From: Bacillota bacterium
GTDB lineage: Bacteria > Bacillota > Dethiobacteria > DTU022 > UBA8154
Assembly (NCBI GenBank): GCA_030656575.1
Contig: JAUSPO010000047.1
Span: 3,030-67,029 of the forward strand
Direction of reading: 5' to 3'
DNA length: 64,000 nucleotides
In this document: one piece after another, positions 20,636 through 30,252 of the stretch
How the letters are laid out: every line of letters begins with the position of its first letter
How positions within the stretch are numbered: the stretch's first letter is position 1
Translations under genes and position numbers: made by a program
Notes under the pieces: model-generated
What the model was told of the DNA's origin: nothing
Databases searched by the model: none
What the model saw: only the letters and a program-made list of their open reading frames with translations

Positions 20636-21517
20636 TTGGCTAGAAGCATGACAGGATACGGCAGAGGAGAGAAGATTGAGAATGGTTATCGCTTTGTTGT
20701 AGAGGCAAAAGCTGTTAACCACCGACATTTTGATCTTCTGATCAGGGCCTCAAGAGATCTGCTGCCCCTTGAGGATATTATTAGGCGGATCATGCAGGAG
20801 AAAATTTCTAGGGGAAGGGTTGAAGTCTTTGTCAATCTGGAATCAACCCGGGAGAACAGAAAAGAAGTGGTCATTGATGAAGATTTGGCTGCATCTTATT
20901 TCCAGGCACTGGGCAAGCTGCGAAGTACTTTAAATCTGCCGGAAGGAGATCTGACTGCCATAGAGCTATCCCGCTTCCCGGAGATTTTTCATGTAGAGAA
21001 AACAACGATAGATTTGGATATTTTATCACCAGTATTAGAAGGAGCAGCAAAAAATGCTGTATCAGAGTTATTCCGCCATAGGGTGGAAGAGGGTTACAGG
21101 CTGGAACTTGACATTACGATGAGGTTAGACAACCTTAAACAGATTAATAAAAGAATTAAAGAAAAGGGTCCTCTTTTCCTTGATGAATACCAGAGAAAGC
21201 TGAGTTCCCGTTTGGATGAACTGCATAATGATAAAGAGTACGATAAACAGCGCTTTTTTATGGAGGTTGCTATTTACGCCGAGAGATGCAATATCGACGA
21301 AGAAATCGTTCGCATGGACAGCCATTTACAGGCTTTCGGCAAAGAACTTGTTAAGGATGAGGTTATGGGACGTAAGCTTGATTTTCTTCTGCAGGAGATG
21401 AACAGGGAGATCAATACTATTGCGTCTAAAAGCAGCGACCTGGAAATATCTCAACTGGTGGTGGAAGCAAAAAGCGAAATTGAAAAAATAAGGGAACAGG
21501 TACAAAATATTGAGTGA
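20636..21517 (+). CDS. yicC: YicC-family protein (stress-induced, endoribonuclease YicC/YloC)
   Basis: N-terminal MxxSMTGYGRGE signature, about 293 aa. TTG start 7 nt after an AAAGGGG Shine-Dalgarno sequence. Confidence 0.85.
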   Translation: MARSMTGYGRGEKIENGYRFVVEAKAVNHRHFDLLIRASRDLLPLEDIIRRIMQEKISRGRVEVFVNLESTRENRKEVVIDEDLAASYFQALGKLRSTLNLPEGDLTAIELSRFPEIFHVEKTTIDLDILSPVLEGAAKNAVSELFRHRVEEGYRLELDITMRLDNLKQINKRIKEKGPLFLDEYQRKLSSRLDELHNDKEYDKQRFFMEVAIYAERCNIDEEIVRMDSHLQAFGKELVKDEVMGRKLDFLLQEMNREINTIASKSSDLEISQLVVEAKSEIEKIREQVQNIE

Positions 21518-21657
21518 TAAAAGAGGTGAAAGCGTCTTGCGCAGAAAATCAATTGCTCAAAACTAATTTAATAAACATTTTTTAGTAACTCTTTTGCGAA
21601 AATATTACATTTGAACTTAGCCAAAAAACGAAAGGAGGCAGCGGTTCAACTCCCGGT

Positions 21658-21957
21658 TTGGAGTTTAATCGCACAATTCTAATGACTATTAAGCTAATTA
21701 ATATCGGGTTTGGCAATATTGTTTCAGCAAATCGTATTATTGCTATTGTTAGCCCTGAGTCCGCGCCTATTAAAAGAATAATCGGTGAAGCTAGAGACAG
21801 AGGTATGTTGGTGGATGCCACATATGGCAGGAGGACCCGCGCTGTTATTATTACTGATAGTGGGCATGTAATTCTATCCGCAGTACAGCCTGAGACAGTG
21901 AAACATCGTTTACAGAGCAAAGAGTCTGCAGTCGAAGAAAGTTCAAACAAGGTATAA
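21658..21957 (+). CDS. remA: extracellular matrix/biofilm regulator RemA (DUF370)
   Basis: [30 protein letters not shown] is the RemA/YlzA signature. The true start may be the ATG at 21682. Confidence 0.8.
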   Translation: MEFNRTILMTIKLINIGFGNIVSANRIIAIVSPESAPIKRIIGEARDRGMLVDATYGRRTRAVIITDSGHVILSAVQPETVKHRLQSKESAVEESSNKV

Positions 21958-21979
21958 ACTTATATTTTTGGAGGAAGTT

Positions 21980-22633
21980 ATGGATAAGGGGTTATTACTT
22001 GTAATATCCGGACCTTCCGGTACGGGCAAGGGGACAGTATGTAAAAAGCTTTGTGAACAAAACCCCTCTTTGTATTATTCTATCTCAGCTACTTCCCGTC
22101 CTCCAAGGAGGGGTGAGAAAGATAACGTCAATTACTTCTTTCTGACGGAAGAACAATTTTTGGAACTCCGGGAAAAGGATGCTTTTCTTGAGTGGGCCAG
22201 AGTATATGATAATTATTATGGAACTCCTTCACAGAAGGTGCAGGAAAAGTTAAATAAAGGTTATGACGTTATTTTAGAGATAGATACGCAGGGGGCAAAA
22301 CAGGTTAAAAATATTGCAAAAGAGGCTGTATTTATTTTTTTATTGCCCCCTTCTATGGAAGATTTATGGTTACGCATTAAAGGGAGAGGAACGGATGGGC
22401 AGGAAGTGATAGAAAAACGATTTGCCGCTGCTCATCATGAATTACAGGAAATTGAGAATTACGATTATGTGGTAATCAACGATAATGTGTCTGAAGCAGT
22501 TTGTAAGATTGAGGCAATACTCTTAGCGGAGAAATGCAGTCTTATAAGAAACGAGGATGTATTGTCCAGGCTAGTAGAGGAAGGTGATAAAATTGATCTA
22601 TCCCTCCATCGACGGAATGTTAAAAAAGGTTGA
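21980..22633 (+). CDS. gmk: guanylate kinase
   Basis: P-loop GPSGTGKGT near the N-terminus. ATG follows a GGAGG Shine-Dalgarno sequence. The ORF track begins at TTG 21968. Confidence 0.9.
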   Translation: MDKGLLLVISGPSGTGKGTVCKKLCEQNPSLYYSISATSRPPRRGEKDNVNYFFLTEEQFLELREKDAFLEWARVYDNYYGTPSQKVQEKLNKGYDVILEIDTQGAKQVKNIAKEAVFIFLLPPSMEDLWLRIKGRGTDGQEVIEKRFAAAHHELQEIENYDYVVINDNVSEAVCKIEAILLAEKCSLIRNEDVLSRLVEEGDKIDLSLHRRNVKKG

Positions 22634-22799
22634 CAGCAGGTATTCCCTGGTAATAATGGTATCGAAAAGAGCTCGACAGCTTAGGGAAAAATATGCCGAC
22701 AGGGAAGAGGTAAATAAATATAAAGAGGTAACAACGGCACTGGAAGATGTCTCTTCCGGCAGGATCACCTATGAAAGAATTAAAGATGGTGTTAAGTAA
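22584..22799 (+). CDS. rpoZ: DNA-directed RNA polymerase subunit omega
   Basis: PSIDGMLKKVDSRYSLVIMVSKRARQL is the RpoZ signature. Start uncertain; it overlaps the gmk 3' end. Confidence 0.8.
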   Translation: MIKLIYPSIDGMLKKVDSRYSLVIMVSKRARQLREKYADREEVNKYKEVTTALEDVSSGRITYERIKDGVK

Positions 22800-22837
22800 G
22801 GGGCTTATGAAATACTGGATACAGTGAGTGTGGTAAT

Positions 22838-24040
22838 ATGCTAAAAAATAAACTGATATTATTGGGTATTACAGGAGGTATAGCATCTTATAAAAGTGCT
22901 GAGCTGGCCAGACTTCTTGTTAAAGAGGGCGCTAATGTTCAGGTTGTTATGACGAGGAATGCAGAGGCTTTTATCAGTCCTCTTACCATGAGGGCCCTTA
23001 CAGGCCACCCTGTCTACAACTCCCTGTTTGACCCGGCGCATGGGACGGCTACTGTGCATATAGATCTGGCGCGTGATCCCGATCTGGTACTGGTTGCCCC
23101 TGCAACGGCTAATATTTTAGGGAAGATGACTGCCGGCATCGCCGATGACCTTCTCTCCACAGTCTTAATGGCAGTAAAAACAACAAAATGTCCTGTTATT
23201 CTGGCACCGTCAATGAACACCGCTATGCTGCAAAATCCAGCGGTTAGAAATAATATAAATGTTTTACGCAAAAGAGGCTTTATTGTTGCCGATCCTCTTG
23301 AGGGTAATCTGGCATGCGGTGATGTTGGAAAGGGTCGTATGGTTGAACCTGCTGGTTTACTCGAACTGGTTAAAGAAGAGCTTGCAGCCCGTGAGGATTT
23401 GCAGGGGCTTACCTTTTTGATCACTGCCGGACCTACTCGGGAGTCCCTTGATCCAGCCCGCTTTTTTAGCAACTATTCCAGCGGACGTATGGGATACGCC
23501 CTTGCCAGGGCAGCACGGGAAAGGGGTGGACATGTTATTTTAATCAGCGGCCCAACTGTCCTTGAGCCGCCCTCTGGCGTTGATTTTTTCCCTGTCGTAT
23601 CTGCCCGTGAGATGTATGATATTGTTATGGAAAAACTAACTCTTGCCCATATTATTATTAAAACAGCTGCTGTTGCTGATTACAGGCCTGAAGAAACTTT
23701 TCCCCAAAAATTAAAAAAAGGCGACGACCTGATTCTTAAGCTTGTGCGTAATCCTGATATTTTAAAGGAAATAGGCACAAAGAAGGGAAAAATCTATTTG
23801 GTTGGTTTTGCAGCGGAAACAGAAAATATTTTGGATAATGCCCGTAAAAAAATGGAAGAAAAAAATCTGGATCTTATTGTAGCAAATGATCTTTGTCAGG
23901 AAGGTGCCGGTTTTAATCATGATACAAACATAGTCAGTTTGCTTTATAAAGACGGGAGCGTGGAAAGTCTTCCGCTTATGTCCAAAGATGAACTCTCTCA
24001 TCAGATCCTTGATCGCATCAAGAAATTTAGGAAAAAATAA
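22838..24040 (+). CDS. coaBC: bifunctional phosphopantothenoylcysteine decarboxylase / phosphopantothenate-cysteine ligase
   Basis: 400 aa with an N-terminal flavoprotein domain (ILLGITGGIASYK) and a C-terminal DFP ligase domain. Confidence 0.9.
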   Translation: MLKNKLILLGITGGIASYKSAELARLLVKEGANVQVVMTRNAEAFISPLTMRALTGHPVYNSLFDPAHGTATVHIDLARDPDLVLVAPATANILGKMTAGIADDLLSTVLMAVKTTKCPVILAPSMNTAMLQNPAVRNNINVLRKRGFIVADPLEGNLACGDVGKGRMVEPAGLLELVKEELAAREDLQGLTFLITAGPTRESLDPARFFSNYSSGRMGYALARAARERGGHVILISGPTVLEPPSGVDFFPVVSAREMYDIVMEKLTLAHIIIKTAAVADYRPEETFPQKLKKGDDLILKLVRNPDILKEIGTKKGKIYLVGFAAETENILDNARKKMEEKNLDLIVANDLCQEGAGFNHDTNIVSLLYKDGSVESLPLMSKDELSHQILDRIKKFRKK

Positions 24041-24104
24041 TACTGTCCCCTAAGGGAGGATGGGATTTTTGTTAATCCTGGTAGGTTCATCTATGATCCT
24101 GCCT

Positions 24105-24722
24105 TTAATTTTTTATGATCAATTGGATCAGCATGGGAGTTACCAGGATTTCTATGATAGCGGCAATGATCAGGAGGCTCAAAATCAAGGGTAGAAGTAA
24201 AAAAAACTCTTTCCAGACATATCTTAGACTCTCCCACCGTTTCTTTTGGGGAAGGGGGAAAACCAGATGAAAACCCATCTTCATTCCAAAAGCGGAACTT
24301 ATAAAAAAAGCAGGCAGCTCAAAAATTCCATGAGGAAGGATTCCCAATGACATAAAAGCAAGAAGGGGAATGTCTTCATTTACCAGGCCTGCAGCGATGC
24401 TTCCAAGTAATGCTCCGTTTGTGAATAAACCAATGAGTGGAACAATTCCCAGGAAAATACCCATCAGTATCATCTGCAGGGAAGCAAAAAGGTTATGAAG
24501 AAAAAGGCGCATGATACCTATCAGAGGGGGGGCTTCAAAAATTGACTGAGCCAGTTCATATAAAAGCTCCTGCTGGCTTTCTGTCAGTTCTGTAAGAAAG
24601 AATCTGCCGTCACCAAAAGCTAAAACAGAAGTAATAATTCCTAATATAAAGAATAGCAGTGCAAGAATAAACCAGTTTAGGTTTTGTATAAGAATGGCCG
24701 TTACTTTTTGTTTTAAAAACAT
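24105..24722 (-). CDS. SpoIIM-like (DUF95) polytopic membrane protein
   Basis: 205-aa polytopic membrane protein on the - strand with DUF95-like hydrophobic pattern (LFLHNLFASLQMILMGI...). Inserted between coaBC and priA. Confidence 0.45.
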   Translation of the reverse strand: MFLKQKVTAILIQNLNWFILALLFFILGIITSVLAFGDGRFFLTELTESQQELLYELAQSIFEAPPLIGIMRLFLHNLFASLQMILMGIFLGIVPLIGLFTNGALLGSIAAGLVNEDIPLLAFMSLGILPHGIFELPAFFISSAFGMKMGFHLVFPLPQKKRWESLRYVWKEFFLLLPLILSLLIIAAIIEILVTPMLIQLIIKN

Positions 24723-24827
24723 CTCTACTCCTTTTTATAAAAATATTTGTCTTTTCATAGTCTTTTTCATTATAATCTTTTTCGTTTTGAAAATAAACTT
24801 TTTTTTTATGACAGGGGTGCCCTAAGA

Positions 24828-27074
24828 TTGAAAGAAGACCTGTATGCGCAAGTAATTCTGGATCTGGTAAGTGATGCAGTGGACAAACCCTTTCAATATT
24901 TTATTCCTGAAGAATTGCGTGATCAGGTCGAAATCGGAACGCGTGTGTTGGTCCCATTTCGATCGAAGAAAATAAACGCCTATATCGTAGCGATGGACAG
25001 AGAACCAGTAGTGAAGAATACGAGGGAGATAATCAATGTAGTAGAAAATAATCCTATTTTATTACAAGAATTTGTTGAATTAAGCTATTGGGTTTCCAGG
25101 CGTTTCTTTAGCAGGTGGATAGAGGCTATACATCTTTGCCTTCCTCCCGGAGATGGAAGCTCAAAAACAAAATATGTTGATTATATTATGCCGTTGGTAC
25201 AGCCCAGGATAATGATAGAGGAAAGCGAAAATATTAAGAAAAAAGCCCTGCGTCAGGCATTAATACTGGAGCACCTGGCTGTGGCCGATGAAAAAGGCCT
25301 CAGCTGGGAGGAGCTTAAGAAAAAAACCGGGGCAGGTCGCCAGAGCTTATTATCTTTAAGAGAGAAGGGTTTCTTAAAGATTCAGCAGGTTCCTCACAAT
25401 CGGGTTTCCCTGGAAGAAAGTGCCTGCTGTGGTATTAATATGAATCTGAAGTTTTCTGTTCAGCAGCAAAAGGTATGGGAGGAAATTAAAAAAGGTTTTT
25501 CTTCTCCTGAAAAGCAGTTTTTATTGTATGGCATAACCGGAAGCGGTAAGACAGAACTATATTTACGCGCTGCTGAAGAAGTCTTGAAAGAGGGACGCAC
25601 TGCTTTGTTTCTTGTACCGGAAATCGCACTTACTCCCCAGATTGTGGAGCAATTCAGTGGGCGCTTTGCCGGTAAGTTTGCTTTATTACATAGCAGCCTT
25701 TCACAGGGGGAAAGATATGACCAGTGGTTGAAAGTAAAAAACGGGGAAGCCCTTGTGGTCCTTGGTGCCCGTTCATCTGTTTTTGCTCCTTTGAAAAATA
25801 TTGGACTTATTGTTATGGATGAAGAACATGAAAATACATACAAACAGGATGATTCCCCCCGGTATCATACCAGGGATGTTGCAAAATGGAGAGCCGCTTA
25901 TCACGATGCTGTATTATTGATGGGAAGTGCCACTCCTTCACTGGAAAGCTATTTGGAGACAAGAAACAAGAAGGTAAAGCTGCTGCAACTTACGGAGAGG
26001 CCTGGCGGGCGTCACCTTCCAAAAGTTCAGGTAGTGGATATGCGCAGGGAATTTAAAAACAGAAACAAGGGTATTTTTAGCCATACACTATGGAAAGCAA
26101 TTAATGAAACCCTTTCCCGGGATGAGCAGGTGATCCTTTTCCTTAACCGCCGCGGTTTTTCCAGCTTCCAGCTTTGTCGGCAGTGCGGCTGTGTTGTTCA
26201 GTGCCCATCCTGTTCTGTTTCTTTAACTTATCATTCTTTCCCTGAGCATCTTCAATGTCACTATTGCGGCTACAGAAGGACAACCTTTGATTCCTGCCCG
26301 AACTGTAAAAGCCTGTCTATCAGGAGCTTTGGCCTGGGGACTCAAAAAGTTGAAAAAGAAGTAAAAAGTATCTTTCCCACAGCTGGGGTAATTAGGATGG
26401 ATAGTGACGCACTGACTGGAAAAGGAGCTTATCTGAAAGTACTAAGTGCATTTAAGGAAAAAAAAGCTTCTATACTCATTGGAACGCAAATGGTTGCAAA
26501 GGGTTTTGATTTTCCAGGTGTTACTTTGGTAGGAGTTATCGCTGCCGATACCAGCTTACACCTGCCGGACTTTCGAGCAGGGGAAAGAACGTTTCAATTG
26601 TTGTCACAGGTAGCCGGCCGGGCAGGAAGAGGGGAACAGGAAGGAAGGGTTATCATCCAGACTTTTACTCCCTGGCATTACAGCATTAAGGCGGCAGCAT
26701 CTCATGATTACTTGAGTTTTATTGAAGAAGAATTAAATAGGAGAAAGCAGCTTTTGTATCCACCTTTTTCTGAAATACTTCTTTTTAACTGCAGCTCTCC
26801 TCATCAAAGTAAAGCAAAGGAATCTGCCGAAAAGTTCAAGTCCTTATTAATGGAGAGATTATTACCTTTGAATGTGAGCGCAGATGAAATACTTGGGCCT
26901 TCTCCAGCCCCCCTGGAGAAGGTTAAGGATCGTTTTCGTTATCATATTCTTTATAAGGGGGCCCACCTGGAAAGAAATTTTAAAGTGATACGGGAGTTGC
27001 TGCACACTTTTAGGAGAGAAATCAAGGGGGACGTGAGGGTCACAGTAGATTTTAATCCTTTGATGATGTTATAA
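24828..27074 (+). CDS. priA: primosomal protein N' (replication restart helicase PriA)
   Basis: Walker A GITGSGKTE, DEEH box, and Cys-rich Zn-binding region CRQCGCVVQCPSCS..CHYCG..CPNC. The ORF track starts at 24747. The N-terminal 27 codons are AT-rich and promoter-like. A TTG at 24828 follows an AGGGG Shine-Dalgarno sequence. Confidence 0.85.
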   Translation: MKEDLYAQVILDLVSDAVDKPFQYFIPEELRDQVEIGTRVLVPFRSKKINAYIVAMDREPVVKNTREIINVVENNPILLQEFVELSYWVSRRFFSRWIEAIHLCLPPGDGSSKTKYVDYIMPLVQPRIMIEESENIKKKALRQALILEHLAVADEKGLSWEELKKKTGAGRQSLLSLREKGFLKIQQVPHNRVSLEESACCGINMNLKFSVQQQKVWEEIKKGFSSPEKQFLLYGITGSGKTELYLRAAEEVLKEGRTALFLVPEIALTPQIVEQFSGRFAGKFALLHSSLSQGERYDQWLKVKNGEALVVLGARSSVFAPLKNIGLIVMDEEHENTYKQDDSPRYHTRDVAKWRAAYHDAVLLMGSATPSLESYLETRNKKVKLLQLTERPGGRHLPKVQVVDMRREFKNRNKGIFSHTLWKAINETLSRDEQVILFLNRRGFSSFQLCRQCGCVVQCPSCSVSLTYHSFPEHLQCHYCGYRRTTFDSCPNCKSLSIRSFGLGTQKVEKEVKSIFPTAGVIRMDSDALTGKGAYLKVLSAFKEKKASILIGTQMVAKGFDFPGVTLVGVIAADTSLHLPDFRAGERTFQLLSQVAGRAGRGEQEGRVIIQTFTPWHYSIKAAASHDYLSFIEEELNRRKQLLYPPFSEILLFNCSSPHQSKAKESAEKFKSLLMERLLPLNVSADEILGPSPAPLEKVKDRFRYHILYKGAHLERNFKVIRELLHTFRREIKGDVRVTVDFNPLMML

Positions 27075-27098
27075 TATTAACAACAAGGGGGGAAATAG

Positions 27099-27575
27099 AT
27101 GGCTTTGAGATACATCCGTAAAAAAATGGACCCTGTATTACGAAAAAAAACAGCTCCTGTTTCCAGATTTACACCTCAACTTTTGGATCTGTTGGACGAT
27201 ATGATCGAAACGATGTTTGAGGCCGAGGGCATAGGTCTGGCCGCACCTCAGGTAGGTATCTCCAAAAGTATTATTGTTGTACGAAATGAAGATAAGGTTC
27301 TGGAAATTATTAACCCTGAGATAATCAATGGCGAAGGTGAAGAACTGGATATTGAAGGGTGCCTGAGCTTTCCGGGTGTTTATGCAGAAGTGCCCCGGTT
27401 TAACCGCTTAGGGGTTAAGGGAATGAACAGGGCAGGAAAAAGTATTACAATCAATGCCCAGGGTTTAATGTCCAGGGTTTTGCAGCATGAGATTGATCAC
27501 CTTCATGGTATTGTATTGATCGATAAGGCTCTCAGGCTGCTTACCCAGGAGGAAATTAATAAAATGAATGAATGA
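27099..27575 (+). CDS. def: peptide deformylase
   Basis: GIGLAAPQ, EGCLS and HEIDH motifs. Confidence 0.9.
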   Translation: MALRYIRKKMDPVLRKKTAPVSRFTPQLLDLLDDMIETMFEAEGIGLAAPQVGISKSIIVVRNEDKVLEIINPEIINGEGEELDIEGCLSFPGVYAEVPRFNRLGVKGMNRAGKSITINAQGLMSRVLQHEIDHLHGIVLIDKALRLLTQEEINKMNE

Positions 27576-27680
27576 AAAACAGAAACTCAGGAGTCAGGAG
27601 TCAGGATGAGACAAAACGGCGAGAACGAAGATTTTGGAATTCGAAACAAAGCAATAAAAGGAATTAGTGAGGTTTTCATT

Positions 27681-28628
27681 GTGAATTTAAATGTCCTATT
27701 TTTGGGAACGCCAGAGTTTGCGCTTCCTTCTCTCAGAAAATTAATTACAGCCAACCTGTCATCACTTGCGGTCGTTACCAGGCCTGATCGTCCTGCCGGC
27801 AGGATGAAACAAAATACTCCAACACCCGTTAAAGTTGAAGCTCTAAAAAATAACCTGGACTTATTTCAACCGATCGACAGGGATGATTTATTAAATGTTT
27901 TAAGAGAAATTAAGCCCCAGGTTTTAATTAATGTGGCCTTTGGGATGTTTTTACCAAACGCAGTACTTGAGTTTCCTCCTTTGGGGTGTATTAACCTTCA
28001 CCCTTCCCTGCTTCCTGCTTACCGCGGGGCAGCGCCCATACAGAGGGCTGTGATGGCCGGAGAGGAATATACAGGAGTTACAGTGATGTACATGTCTTCC
28101 CGGATGGATGCGGGTGATATTATCCTACAGGAAAAAACAAGTATCGGATCAGAGGAAAATTTTGGCTCCCTTTATGACCGGCTTGCCGAACTTGGGGCAG
28201 CCCAGCTGCATAAAGCCCTGGGCCTTTTGAATGAAGGGAAAGCTCCCTGTATTTCTCAGGATGAGGAAAAGGTATCTTATGCGCCTGCTATCTCCAGAGA
28301 AGATGAAAAAATTGCCTGGGAGAAACCTGCTTCTGAGATATTTAATCTGGTCAGGGCTCTTAATCCTGCACCAGGAGCTTTTACCATATTCAGAAGTAAA
28401 AGATTGAAGATTTGGAGAGCTTCCGTTCAAAATATAAGGAATTTGCAGCCATGCTTAGTGCCCGAAACATCCGGGACAATCTGTTTTTTGCACAAAGACT
28501 GTATTGAAGTAACAACAGGCCGTGGAATGCTTAAAATCCTTGAACTTCAGCCGGAAGGGAAAAGGAGAATGAGTGCCCGGGACTTTTTAAAAGGCAATGA
28601 TTTGAAAGTGGGCGAAAAATTTGAATAA
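27681..28628 (+). CDS. fmt: methionyl-tRNA formyltransferase
   Basis: VLFLGTPEFA N-terminus, and HPSLLPAYRG catalytic motif. GTG at 27681 follows a GTGAGG Shine-Dalgarno sequence. The ORF track begins at ATG 27606, giving a 25-aa extension without Fmt similarity. Confidence 0.85.
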   Translation: MNLNVLFLGTPEFALPSLRKLITANLSSLAVVTRPDRPAGRMKQNTPTPVKVEALKNNLDLFQPIDRDDLLNVLREIKPQVLINVAFGMFLPNAVLEFPPLGCINLHPSLLPAYRGAAPIQRAVMAGEEYTGVTVMYMSSRMDAGDIILQEKTSIGSEENFGSLYDRLAELGAAQLHKALGLLNEGKAPCISQDEEKVSYAPAISREDEKIAWEKPASEIFNLVRALNPAPGAFTIFRSKRLKIWRASVQNIRNLQPCLVPETSGTICFLHKDCIEVTTGRGMLKILELQPEGKRRMSARDFLKGNDLKVGEKFE

Positions 28629-29409
28629 AATTCTACCAGATAATAATACAATTAAGAAGAGAACTTTTTTGGGTTTACTGCTGATAGCACTTTTATTTCT
28701 TTTCTTCCTGGCAGTGTATCTCCTGGTGTTTGTCAGGTATCCTTATGCGATCTATTCCCGGACATTTGCATTGGGGTTAACCATATCTGCTCTTATTTTG
28801 TCTTTCCTTTTTCTATGCGGCTTACTGGCCATAGTTTTTACAATTTTAAAAAAGCGCACCTTTATGCCTTTTAAATGGTTTATGGACAAAACACTGCTGC
28901 TGCTTTATCCCATTGTGCTGCAAATAGGACGATTTATGCACATTACCCAGGAAAAGATCCAGCGATCTTTTATAGAAGTTAATAACCAGCTTGTATCTGC
29001 ACGTTCTGTGGAAGTCAAGGCAAGTGAGCTTTTGCTGATTCTACCCCATTGCCTTCAGAACGACAGCTGCACATATAAAATTTCTCATGACGTAGAGAAC
29101 TGCCGGAGATGTGGGGATTGCCAGATGGCTGATATTCTCCAATTCACGTCTGAACGGGGGATTCGGGTTGTCGTTGCCACTGGGGGCACCCTTGCCAGGC
29201 GCGCTGTAGAAAGGCACCGCCCGCGGACTGTGGTTGCCGTGGCTTGTGAAAGGGATCTTTCAAGCGGGGTTCTTGATACTTTTCCTTTACCGGTTGTCGG
29301 TGTAATTAATGAGAGGCCGCAGGGGCCATGCTATAACACAAGGGTAGACTTAAAGAATCTGCAAGACGTCCTCGATCAATTATCCTTAAAACCAAAGGAG
29401 GTTACTTAA
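28621..29409 (+). CDS. DUF116-family membrane protein
   Basis: N-terminal TM helices and a C-terminal Cys cluster (CLQNDSC..CRRCGDC). Commonly encoded between fmt and rsmB in Clostridia; this placement is recalled knowledge. Confidence 0.55.
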   Translation: MNKILPDNNTIKKRTFLGLLLIALLFLFFLAVYLLVFVRYPYAIYSRTFALGLTISALILSFLFLCGLLAIVFTILKKRTFMPFKWFMDKTLLLLYPIVLQIGRFMHITQEKIQRSFIEVNNQLVSARSVEVKASELLLILPHCLQNDSCTYKISHDVENCRRCGDCQMADILQFTSERGIRVVVATGGTLARRAVERHRPRTVVAVACERDLSSGVLDTFPLPVVGVINERPQGPCYNTRVDLKNLQDVLDQLSLKPKEVT

Positions 29410-29413
29410 GAAT

Positions 29414-30011
29414 ATGGGTGGTTTGTGGTTTTTTGATACGGGGTTTATCATTTTCCTTATCCCTGCCATGTTTTTTGCCATGTATGCCCAGAATAGGGTG
29501 AAAAGCGCCTATGTGCGCTACAGTAGAATTCGTGGCAGTAACCTTGTTTCCGGATCGCAGGTAGCGAGATCGCTTCTTAATGATGCAGGATTGGAGCATA
29601 TCAAAGTTGTGCAGACGGATGGTCATTTGACAGACCATTACGATCCTCGTCAGAAAGTGGTCCGCCTGTCACCCCAGGTTTTTCGTGATAACTCCCTGGC
29701 TGCCATTGGCATAGCTGCCCATGAGGTTGGTCATGCCTTGCAGCATGACGACGGTTATGCTCCCCTTGGCATCCGTAATTCTATTGTTCCCCTGGCCAGC
29801 TTCGGCTCCAGGGCTGCTTTTCCCCTCTTCTTTATTGGCTTATGCCAGCAGGCGGGCCGTTGCCTTACTGGAAAGCGGGGCTTTCCTTCAGGGAGAGGAA
29901 CTGACAGGAGCAAAAAAGGTTCTTAATGCAGCAGCTTTAACTTACGTAGCCGCTTTGGCGGTTTCATTGGCTCACCTTTTTCGGATGCTGTTGTTAAGAG
30001 GAAGAGATTGA
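29414..30011 (+). pseudogene. zinc metallopeptidase (Zn_peptidase_2 / YugP-like) disrupted by a frameshifting internal deletion
   Basis: Frame 1 (29414..29926) encodes the N-terminal TM segment and the HEVGHALQH motif. The expected C-terminus (ASRRAVALLESGAFLQGEELTGAKKVLNAAALTYVAA) is encoded in a different frame (29721..30011). About 25 codons of the central TM region appear to be missing. Confidence 0.6.
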
Positions 30012-30012
30012 A

Positions 30013-30227
30013 GGTGGTGATCGCTGTTGGCAGAGACGACTTGGTTCAAGGAGGCCATAAGCTCTCGGCAAAGCGTAGGCACGAAGGTAACTCTGCTGAC
30101 AGGATGTCAGCAGGCCCGTGGACGACCTGGATGGGAGTTCCCACGGGGAAGTTGCCGTAGTGCCGGAGCTGAGCCGTTAAGAGCTGGCCACTTGAATTTG
30201 GAGACTCTGCTTCAGCGACTCACCACC
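30013..30227 (+). repeat. GC-rich hairpin repeat, copy C (reference orientation), termini GGTGGTGATCGCTG...CAGCGACTCACCACC
   Basis: 215-nt imperfect palindrome centred on CTGCTGACAGGATGTCAGCAG. It starts 1 nt after the disrupted metallopeptidase and ends 25 nt before the rsmB ATG. Confidence 0.75.
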
Positions 30228-30252
30228 CCATTACATAAGTAGGAGTGAGTAA

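Noticed and set aside
27606-27680. Track ATG at 27606 as the fmt start (25-aa N-terminal extension)
   Set aside because: The extension has no Fmt similarity. A GTG at 27681 with an SD gives the canonical VLFLGTPEFA N-terminus. The ATG is nevertheless immediately preceded by the AGGAGTCAGG repeat, so it is kept as an open question in findings.
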